Positions 46,801 through 57,779 of a stretch of 64,000 nt of DNA are shown here, piece by piece (the first letter of the stretch is position 1; each line of letters begins with the position of its first letter). Under the pieces are notes generated by a model. It was not told the DNA's origin and made no database searches. It was given only the letters and a program-made list of their open reading frames with translations. Source of the stretch: Balanoglossus misakiensis. Its lineage: Eukaryota; Animalia; Hemichordata. A program made the translations under genes and the position numbers. The DNA lies in assembly GCA_040954595.2 (NCBI GenBank), contig CM082587.2:2013000-2076999 (forward strand), given 5' to 3'.

Positions 46801-49684
46801 TTATTTGCACCGCAGCGGTGCAAATTCTTATTTGCACCGCAGCGGTGCAAATAAGAGTTCGCTCCGCTGCGGTGCAAATAAGAGTTCCTTGCACCGCAAC
46901 GATCTGACCGTTCTTTATTCACTCCTCGACGACAAAAAATAAAATAAAAATTTAGTCGTCCTAAAAATAAAAATTACAATGACAATGTCGTTAAAAGTTC
47001 TAAAAAAAAAGAAATAGAAAATAAAAAGTGGTCTCGAACCAACATTAGTTGACACCTTCAGGTAAAAAGATTAGTCGTCCTGAACCCTTCGCCATCACGA
47101 CGTGTACTCGAAACCGTCGGAAATTTACCGCACTATATTGCAGCATAACTACCATGATCTTATTTGCACCGCAGCGGTGCAAATTCTTATTTGCACCGCA
47201 GCGGTGCAAATAAGAGTTCGCTCCGCTGCGGTGCAAATAAGAGTTCCTTGCACCGCAACGATCTGACCGTTCTTTATTCACTCCTCGACGACAAAAAATA
47301 AAATAAAAATTTAGTCGTCCTAAAAATAACAATTACAATGATATTGTCGTTAAAAGTTCTAAAAAAAAAGAAATAGAAAATAAAAAGTGGTCTCGAACCA
47401 ACATTAGTTGACACCTTCAGGTAAAAAGCTTAGTCGTCCTGAACCCTTCGCCATCACGACGTGTACTCGAAACCGTCGGAAATTTACCACACTATATTGC
47501 AGCATAACTACCATGATCTTATTTGCACCGCAGCGGTGCAAATTCTTATTTGCACCGCAGCGGTGCAAATAAGAGTTCGCTCCGCTGCGGTGCAAATAAG
47601 AGTTCCTTGCACCGCAACGATCTGACCGTTCTTTATTCACTCCTCGACGACAAAAAATAAAATAAAAATTTAGTCGTCCTAAAAATAACAATTACAATGA
47701 TATTGTCGTTAAAAGTTCTAAAAAAAAAGAAATAGAAAATAAAAAGTGGTCTCGAACCAACATTAGTTGACACCTTCAGGTAAAAAGCTTAGTCGTCCTG
47801 AACCCTTCGCCATCACGACGTGTACTCGAAACCGTCGGAAATTTACCGCACTATATTGCAGCATAACTACCATGATCTTATTTGCACCGCAGCGGTGCAA
47901 ATTCTTATTTGCACCGCAGCGGTGCAAATAAGAGTTCGCTCCGCTGCGGTGCAAATAAGAGTTCCTTGCACCGCAACGATCTGACCGTTCTTTATTCACT
48001 CCTCGACGACAAAAAATAAAATAAAAATTTAGTCGTCCTAAAAATAAAAATTACAATGATAATGTCGTTAAAAGTTCTAAAAAAAAAGAAATAGAAAATA
48101 AAAAGTGGTCTCGAACCAACATTAGTTGACACCTTCAGGTAAAAAGCTTAGTCGTCCTGAACCCTTCGCCATCACGACGTGTACTCGAAACCGTCGGAAA
48201 TTTACCGCACTATATTGCAGCATAACTACCATGATCTTATTTGCACCGCAGCGGTGCAAATTCTTATTTGCACCGCAGCGGTGCAAATAAGAGTTCGCTC
48301 CGCTGCGGTGCAAATAAGAGTTCCTTGCACCGCAACGATCTGACCGTTCTTTATTCACTCCTCGACGACAAAAAATAAAATAAAAATTTAGTCGTCCTAA
48401 AAATAAAAATTACAATGACAATGTCGTTAAAAGTTCTAAAAAAAAAGAAATAGAAAATAAAAAGTGGTCTCGAACCAACATTAGTTGACACCTTCAGGTA
48501 AAAAGCTTAGTCGTCCTGAACCCTTCGCCATCACGACGTGTACTCGAAACCGTCGGAAATTTACCGCACTATATTGCAGCATAACTACCATGATCTTATT
48601 TGCACCGCAGCGGTGCAAATTCTTATTTGCACCGCAGCGGTGCAAATAAGAGTTCGCTCCGCTGCGGTGCAAATAAGAGTTCCTTGCACCGCAACGATCT
48701 GACCGTTCTTTATTCACTCCTCGACGACAAAAAATAAAATAAAAATTTAGTCGTCCTAAAAATAACAATTACAATGATATTGTCGTTAAAAGTTCTAAAA
48801 AAAAAGAAATAGAAAATAAAAAGTGGTCTCGAACCAACATTAGTTGACACCTTCAGGTAAAAAGCTTAGTCGTCCTGAACCCTTCGCCATCACGACGTGT
48901 ACTCGAAACCGTCGGAAATTTACCACACTATATTGCAGCATAACTACCATGATCTTATTTGCACCGCAGCGGTGCAAATTCTTATTTGCACCGCAGCGGT
49001 GCAAATAAGAGTTCGCTCCGCTGCGGTGCAAATAAGAGTTCCTTGCACCGCAACGATCTGACCGTTCTTTATTCACTCCTCGACGACAAAAAATAAAATA
49101 AAAATTTAGTCGTCCTAAAAATAAAAATTACAATGATAATGTCGTTAAAAGTTCTAAAAAAAAGAAATAGAAAATAAAAAGTGGTCTCGAACCAACATTA
49201 GTTGACACCTTCAGGTAAAAAGCTTAGTCGTCCTGAACCCTTCGCCATCACGACGTGTACTCGAAACCGTCGGAAATTTACCGCACTATATTGCAGCATA
49301 ACTACCATGATCTTATTTGCACCGCAGCGGTGCAAATTCTTATTTGCACCGCAGCGGTGCAAATAAGAGTTCGCTCCGCTGCGGTGCAAATAAGAGTTCC
49401 TTGCACCGCAACGATCTGACCGTTCTTTATTCACTCCTCGACGACAAAAAATAAAATAAAAATTTAGTCGTCCTAAAAATAAAAATTACAATGATAATGT
49501 CGTTAAAAGTTCTCAAAAAAAAGAAATAGAAAAAAAAGTGGTCTCGAACCAACATTAGTTGACACCTTCAGGTAAAAAGGTTAGTCGTCCTGAACCCTTC
49601 GCCATCACGATGTGTAATCGAAACCGTCGGAAATTTAACGCACTATATTGCAGCATAACTACCATGATCTTATTTGCACCGCAG
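43856..49684. repeat. Tandem array of ~359-bp units (about 16 copies) with internal 27-bp palindromic subrepeats
   Basis: Near-identical units at 358-359 bp spacing (44533, 44892, 45251 ... 49198, 49555). Each contains tcttatttgcaccgc-a-gcggtgcaaataaga and an A-rich spacer. Edge units are more diverged. Confidence 0.98.
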
Positions 49685-50178
49685 TTGTCGTAATAACATG
49701 CATTATGTGTATACCTTTTCATGTCCAGATGTGCAACACACACGCGCCCTACTATATAAGTTTTATATTGTTTCAATGATCGCATTATGGGATGTCACGA
49801 GTTCCTACGCACGTTGGCCATTGGAAGTGACCATTACCATGTGTTTGTTGGAGGAAAAAATGTGTAAAGATCTTGGTGCATCGAAAAGAGACTGTTCGTG
49901 TTGGCTAAGAATATGGTCTTGGTGGTTAGGAATCTGTCCACGCAGAATCTGTTCTCGTGAGGTAAAAGTGGTCGTATTGGTCAGAATCTGTCCGTGCAGA
50001 CTTAGAATCTGTTTGAGATCATTGAAATAAACGAACTGCAGACGCGTTATTGGCATTTATTGTACATCTATTGGCAGTTTATTTCTGTCTATTAGCTACA
50101 GCTTGAAAGAACTCTACATTCTTGCGAAATCAAGTGCATTCTAACGTGTTCACCCATCATCCGCCAAATTGAATCCAT

Positions 50179-51476
50179 CTAGACGTTCACTGGCTCATAA
50201 GCGACATGATCACAGTAGTAGTCAATACGATCATCGATGGCGGTCTCGATCAGACATCTCCCACCAGTGGAAGTAATAGCAACCGTTTTGAAAGAATCCC
50301 AGGAAAACGGGCCAGTGAAAACACTATGGCATTGAGCCGGCTGAAACAAATCAACGTGCTTTATTATCACCAAATGTTAAACAAGAAATACAAGCACAAC
50401 TAGTTCTAAGTAAGATAAAATTAATGTTTGCATTTCTACAGTTGTATCTCTGGTAGGAAATCTTACTCTGACGTATAAATCCCACTCGACTCAACATCTG
50501 ATGACGTGTCTACCAACAAAGTTGTCTTTGTGAACTTCAAAAAGGCATAATTAAAGCAAAATATATTGATGTTTCTCGTAAGCGACATTACCTGACAATC
50601 CCAATACGAAATTCCGTTCTCATACAATATAGCACTGCAGTTCAGACAATCCGGAGATAACAGCGCCTCCCCTTCGCCGTCTCCCTGAATCCGATACCAA
50701 AATGAGCATGAGAGTAAAACTATCGGTAGTATTCAACTTTGCAAATCATATCTTTTCACGGTGCATGAACAGGCAGCACCGTATTGTTGTCAATCGCATA
50801 TATTTGATATTAAAGAATAAATGTAGTTTATAGCAGTATCAGTTAGGAACCATGTATATTATAAGTAGCCTTGCTCCTAAAATGGACTAAACTCTACGAT
50901 GTATTTTAGGGCCTACTAACCATATCGAGATTTTCGCTGAGGATGTCGTCTGGTATTAAGATTACTCTGTACTGTGAGGGCTTGTCTTCCAAAGCAACTA
51001 CACCAGATATCTGAGGTGTACCAGTTACCAAACCGTCCTTGATGTCTTGTACATTGGACAGCAATTCAGACGGACAGGAACGTGATACCACGCAGTTGTC
51101 GTAATATTCTCTTCCATCTACGTCGGTTTGGAAGTCACAGGAGTCACATATAGGGCGTTTTCCTTCCGCGCAGGGATGCAGAGACATCACGGCTGCTATG
51201 GCAACAATGGCTTGGTAAGAAGGGGTCTAATTTCAAGAAGGATGCTATCATGTGTAACATGGCCTTGTATTGTAAGAACTTGACATTGAGGCTGAATAAC
51301 GATTCAAGCACATGTACTAGTGTCATCGTGAGTCACTTGAAACATGGTTACTAGAAAAGACGGTTCTTTTCTAGTAACCGTGCTTGATACTTGGGGCACC
51401 ACAAAGCATTGCAATCATCATTGATAAAGCTTACCCAGAGTCGAAATAATGTGAAACAGAGACTGTAGCTTACCAT
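50179..51476 (-). CDS. Putative secreted cysteine-rich protein of unrecognised family (~187 aa); exons 51476-51474, 51226-50921, 50684-50592, 50340-50179
   Basis: ATG|gtaag is followed by three exons joined by phase-0 GT-AG introns with no stops. The N-terminus MTPSYQAIVAIAAVMSLHPCAEG is signal-peptide-like, and Cys-aromatic motifs repeat. Confidence 0.65.
51343..51382. repeat. Hairpin/inverted repeat (18-bp arms, 4-nt loop)
   Basis: catggttactagaaaaga-cggt-tcttttctagtaaccgtg, with one mismatch. Confidence 0.85.
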
Positions 51477-52886
51477 TTCACTGGTCTCACAAACAACTGG
51501 TCAGATTGAGAACTTCGTTCAATATGTTTTGAGCGTGCCGAATGTTTCCCAGCTTATATAGATGACATAATCTAAAGATACCGGCATGTCGCGTTGATTT
51601 AAAATAAAAATTTGCATGGCCAACAAAGTAAAAGTTTGTGTTTGGGTAATCTACAATTTCCATCGTTATTGAGGTTAAATTTGCAAAGGTGTCTATATAC
51701 ATTTAAATACAATCTAACATTCATGCTTACGATATTCTCCATTGCCATATATCACACCACAATGTGCTGTAAACATTTCTAAACCAGGTCGTGTTTTGAC
51801 TGAAGCAATACTTTAGAGTGTATCGTTTGGTTACGAGTTCAACAAACAAGATGTTGGAGTAAATAACAAAGCATAATCTTGTTCATGTAGTGGTTCTTTA
51901 ATTTGGATGAAAATCAATTTCGTATCCTTAATTACATTAAAACAGAGCGATATATTTGTTATTCTCAAAAGCACACGATTCACTTCAAATAGCAGCACAA
52001 TAGTTGAGAAGTTAAGACGAAATATTACAGCCTGTTTTTGTGAAGAAGCAATGAATAGTACGTATATACAGACATTTTTTGTTCAACTAGAAGCACTAAA
52101 GTAAAGCCTTGTCAAGCCATCCACATCATCAATTTATAGAGAAGTTATTTTCACACTATACAAAAAGAATAAAATACATTCCCAATGCGGCGTGGGATTC
52201 AGACGGGGACATGGTTTAAAATAACTTTGGTTATTTTGACAAACAAGAAACAGCGTTTTGAAAAAGTGTTTCTGCTCCGGCAGATGGTGTGTGTTTCCGC
52301 CAGGATTTCATAATTAAACTGGGGACAGTGACCCATGGGACACGTGGGCACGCAAAGGGCAAGGTATCAGGTCGGGTTCACCAAGCAAGTTCTACCTAAA
52401 CACGCGATGCTCAGCTAAATAAACAGTGTCACTCTTAGCATGAGTGACTGTCGCCCCAGTCGGGCAGTGAAAATGAAGATTACCAGCCCAACCAAATTTT
52501 TACTGAAAGTGGGTCCGTGTAAACTTTGAGGCCAGAATGATATTGCTATAATTTTGCTCTGGGGAAGGTGGCAGATGGTGTTTGTGTGTGGGTTTTTTTT
52601 GTCCAGAAAGAAACATCGAGGGACATTTTATCAAAGATAACATGAGCCATATATTTATCAGACATGTATGTAAATATACATGTATCTGTTTTCAGTAAAT
52701 GAAATGCAGTCGAGAGACACATATTTCAGGAACAAACACTATACTCCAATACGCTTTGCGCCTTTACTCCTAAGAATCCTTTCAAATAAATACAACCTCT
52801 TTGACAAATGTTGTACCGTTTAAACTCTTGCGAATACAAGTTTTCTGAACTAGAGTCCCAACTCATGGTCAACTCCAATCTCACTG

Positions 52887-55800
52887 TCATGTGACTGGCA
52901 ATGGCTCCTTATTGACTATCTTGATGTGGTAGTCTTGGAGTTCTTCATTGGTGGATTCAGCAGGTGCACCACTCATCAGATCATTTCCCTCAAAGGACTT
53001 TGGGAAGGCGATGACATCTCTGATACTTGGGGCACCACAAAGCATTGCAATATACCTGTCGAAACCTGCAAAGATGACGACTTTGTTCAATGTCAGGGAA
53101 TTACTGAAGCTGATTTGACAATTGGCAAAGATAAAGAACTTGGAATCCACAGTAGAAAAAAAATCAAACTGACAACAATGAAGCATTATCCTACCATACC
53201 TAGTGCAATTCCACCATGTGGGGGCGCTCCAGACTCCAATGCCTCAAGCAGATGAGATAGAGAACTGGAATCTTCCTACAAAACAAACAACAGCCTCAAA
53301 ATAGTTCAGTGATGGGAAATCCAAAATAGGAATATTTTTTTCCAAAGAATGATGGTCAGGTAATCGTGTCAGGATGTATTCCTTTTCCCTTCTTCCACTG
53401 ACACACAAACATCAAAGCTAGACCAAAAACTAACACCAAATTGACTTAGTTTAATCACAGTGAGTCCCTCCAACCATGACTAGGCCCTTTAATAGTATCT
53501 TTGTACATTTTTGAACACTCACCTTTAGGATATGATCCAGCACATATTTTTGTAACTTAGCATTATGAATTCGTATTGATCCGCCAGCTATTTCTGCTCC
53601 ATTGAAAACCAAATCATAGTGTAGCCCACGAACCTGTAACATCAAGGGGTGTATTAAAATCAAAATGCTCAAATGTGTCTTTTTAATTTTCTCTGCACAA
53701 AGTGATTTCTATTTACAGTTAAGTCTGTGAATGCTCTACCTGGCTGGGATCTGTGTAAATGAGGTCTTCATCTTGTGGGTGTGGTGCAGTGAATGGATGA
53801 TGTGCTGATTCAAAACCTTTGCAGTCTTCTGCTCGCAAGAATAGTGGGAAATCCTCCACCCATAGAAATGCATTAGCGTCAGCATCCCTCACGTTCAATC
53901 CTACAGTTATGTATAGAAATGAAACAAGAAAGTGTTTGTAAACAGGGCATCTTCCAATATACTATCTACCAGTATTATATATACACTTTACTTTTTTCTC
54001 AGATTAGTATACTTTACCTCTGGACTCCAATAGCTTTGCAACTTCTAGTCTCATGTTGCCAAGCAACAAACACTGTAAATATAACAAAATTAGAGGGGAG
54101 TGTTATGTGCTTTCATTTTGAAACTTAATTAATTTACAGTATACAGTAGGAAAACATTTTTGCTTAGAAACGTTCCCTTGGCTTCCTTCTTTGGCAAAAT
54201 CTTACTCACAGTGTCTTCATGTGTGCCTGCTGCCAAAAGTATGACATCACCAGGTTGAACTTTGAACTCTGTGATCAGCTTCTCTTTAGTGTCAGCGTTG
54301 ATGAACTTTGAGACTGGTGACTGCCAAGTCATGTGATCCTTCACTCTGATGACGATCACACCATGTTTCGATCTGTACTTGCTTTTTGCCGTGTCTTGAA
54401 GATCTGTGTAGTCTCTGGTCTTCAAGTGTCTCTGACGATGGAAAAAAAAGATTCTCCCGTAGTTTCTTTCAATATTTCATAACGAAATAAACATGAAGTC
54501 TGTTGGTGAAACTTACCATTGCTTGTGGGATGTGCACTGCCTGTACTGTGCCACCATCACTATTCAATACGTCCTCAAAGATTTGAAATCCACTGTTTTT
54601 GAAGATCTCGCTGACATCATGAAGCTGGAAGCAACAACAAAATGGGGTAATTCGTTCAGAATAATGGCAGTGTTGAGTTGTAAAGTGATGTAAATGCAAG
54701 TTAACAGGACACTCAACATAATTCGTGAAATGTGCAATAAATAAAAAGCAACTTACTTGCATATCAAACCTTGTATCTGGTTTATCTGTTCCAAACTGGG
54801 GAGAGAACAAAATCAGAGATGATTCTTGTACTGCACAGTGTTAACTCATACATTTGCAAGAAAGAAAGAACTGTGGGTAGATTATTTGGACACACAAGAA
54901 AACAATGGATACCTTTGTTAATGCCTCTTCGTACGTCATCCTTGGAAAAGGAATGGTCAATTTGCCTCTGGATTCTGGCCAGGAATACTGTACCATGTCT
55001 TCAACAAGCTGATAGATGTCATTTTTGTCCACAAATGACAGTTCCAAATCTACCTGGAAGGAAAAGGTCTAGATGTGTTACATCAGTTTTGAAATTATAT
55101 AAATTCTGATGGCCAATCAGGCTTCCTGCCATCATTTCTGTAACTCTGATTGGCTAACAGCGGATGCCCTCTCACCTGTGTGAATTCTGGCTGTCTGTCA
55201 GGTCGACTGCCTTCATCTCTGTAACACCTGGCAAACTGGAAATATCTGTCAATGCCACCAACCATCAGTAGTTGTTTGAACTGTGAAAACAAAGCAGCAA
55301 TTTTGTGTGGTTGCTGACATAAAATGTTGATGCACACAAAAATAACTATTTGGGCCCAATGACATATTTTTGGTTATTCACAATACAGGATTCATAATGT
55401 AAAGCTTGTCATATGTCATAACTACAACAATGTCTTTACCTGTTGTGGACTTTGTGGCAAACTGTAAAATTTCCCTGCATGTCGTGTTGGAACCACAAAT
55501 TCCTTAGCACCACCTGGAGTTCTTCTGAACAAAGTTGGTGTTTCAACCTCTACAAAACCTGAATGAAAAGATGCAGGACGTACATTTCTAGCACTCGGTT
55601 TGCTGAAGTAGTTTCTTGTAACAAAGTACATGTATAAAACAACATACATACCATGTTTATTGCACAGAAATTCTCTCATCTTCATAACAACTTGGGATCG
55701 CAGTCTCAAATTCTCTTGCATTTTACTTGTTCTAATATCTAGATACCTGTACTGCATTCTTAAATTTTCTTTCACCTGCAAAAACCAGAAATGTTAATGG

Positions 55801-57208
55801 GTTATCTTTTTAACGAGAATGATGTAAACTCTTCTCCTGGATCTGTTTCATGGTAAACAGGAAATAAAATTTGCAAATGCATTGCTCCGAAGTTACATTG
55901 GACAGATATGGCACAGTGCCTTACCTTGGAGTGATCTTTCGGCTGATAGGGTAAATCTCTGCATTCATTTAGTAATTCTATCTCTTCAGCTAAAACTTCT
56001 ATTTCGCCTGTTGGCATTTTCTGATATATATGAAAGGTAAAAAATAAGCTCAGTGTACATTACAGCCATCTGAAAAAAAATCCCGAAGAATCACTTTTGG
56101 TAAAAAAGTTATCTTTGGTGTATAGAGGGCGCCCTTTATCAACTAACTCTATAGCACGTTGCTAGGTTACCGGTATTTTCAGTTCTGTACTTTATTGCTG
56201 TAGAAAATGCTATGATATTCTGGCATATAATTTGTGTCAGAAACTACTGACACTTTGATTGTTTACCTTATTTATTTGGTCTGCTGGTCGTGGCTGAACT
56301 TTGCCTGTTACTTTGATGACAGATTCTGTGCGTATACTGGATAATTTTGAAATCAGGTCACCATACTTCTGTGATACACAAATTAAAATAAAAACACATG
56401 ACACAGTGAAGATTAAACTGAAACTTAACTAGGGAATTTGATGTGCCTTGACTGGCTGTTAGTTCCCCTTGCCCGTCTATTACAAAACATATCTACATCA
56501 CAAATACTTAACCTTTTCTGGTATGATGACTTGGGTGACACCGAATGCATCTTTCAAAGTCAGCAAAAAGTTAAATCGTTTATATTGGATCCAACCATAC
56601 AGCACAACAGGATGATCAACGTGGGATGATGTAAGCTCTCCACAGGTATGTGTTCTTTGGCAAAAAGTACTTGATACTGGGAAAAGATGAAAATATGATA
56701 GTTTTATTGAATAGCAAAAATAAGTACCGGTAATCTTGGTTGTGTGCTACTGTGTTTTTTTACAGGCTTTCTACATTAGACAGTACCTGAATGTCCCCAA
56801 AATTGTTTAAAACAATTTTAAATGACATTTAAGGGCTTATTTTTTACAAGATGTACTAGATGATAAAAACTAGTGCTTTTAAGTCAAAAGGTTTTATTTT
56901 TTACATTTGTTTTACTAGCACTGGTAAATCCCATTCCAGTAAAATATGACAGGTATGATAATATCCTCCTATCTCTTCTGAAATTCAATTTCAAGCCATC
57001 TGTCAGTCTACACGCCACATATCAGTATCTGATATTCTGAGCCACATATGTCTGGCGTCTATTCTCATCTCAACCCACCTTTATTACCGACAAACCATTT
57101 GTTTCGTAAGACAGTTAACCTTTCACAGTTTTTATAACTTTGACTGACAAGAGTTTTTCGAATCCCGAAATGAATCGAGACACACCGATGACATACACTC
57201 CGTATCAT
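52887..57208 (-). CDS. DARS2: Mitochondrial aspartyl-tRNA synthetase, multi-exon
   Basis: Basic presequence-like first exon. Motifs are [107 protein letters not shown] and [10 protein letters not shown]. Confidence 0.97.
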
Positions 57209-57779
57209 TATTGAAACAGTAATCACACGTGTATTGGGAACAGCTGTTATGAGGTTTCACTTCCGGGTTAAGAAAAAACGCAACGTAGCCGCACGTACTT
57301 CCTGTTTTGCACCAAATCGTTCCGCCATAGCAAAATTAATTGTTTTTCGTGCTTTTCATAAGTCTTCCTACGTCGTTATCCACAGTGGACATTTTTCAAC
57401 ACTAAAGATATAATTTATTTGAAAAATTGTAGCTACTTGATTTTATTTTCCCACTTTACAACCGCACTATTTTCTCCATAATTAGGCCCAAGGGTATATC
57501 GCAAAACAGAGGTGTTGCAGGACACCTTTAGTGTATCTTGTCTGAATCTGGTAATTCTTGGAAGAAAACTACTGATTTTTCACAAAACATCAACCTCCCG
57601 GAGGAAAAAATCAACAAGAAAGGCAAGCAGTGGAGCAGCAAGGATATGACCAGATCTTGGATATGCTGACGTTTTGCCTTGCTGTCACGATCGCCTGGTC
57701 TTGACGTCGACATACGTACGTACGTACACTGGATTTGATTTGATGTGGGTGTTGTAAACACAAACACAAGACTGCAGCC
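57209..57779. promoter_or_regulatory. Probable bidirectional promoter between DARS2 and RABL6
   Basis: Head-to-head start codons lie ~570 bp apart. ETS-type cores are present: cacttccggg (~57258) and tacttcctg (~57296). Confidence 0.55.

Noticed and set aside
44046-49785. Repeated 76-121 aa ORFs (LHRCGAN repeats) and a CRISPR-like appearance
   Set aside because: The ORFs are by-products of the DNA palindromes and mostly have non-ATG starts. The inter-repeat sequences are identical rather than unique spacers, there are no cas genes, and the context is eukaryotic.
54797-54912. DARS2 intron with GTATCC donor as a possible U12 intron
   Set aside because: The donor is GTATCCAT rather than GTATCCTT, there is no TCCTTAAC branch site, and it has an ordinary pyrimidine tract.
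55559-55651. 93-nt stop-free in-frame DARS2 intron
   Set aside because: It has canonical splice sites and interrupts the conserved catalytic core. Being in frame without a stop is common by chance at this length.
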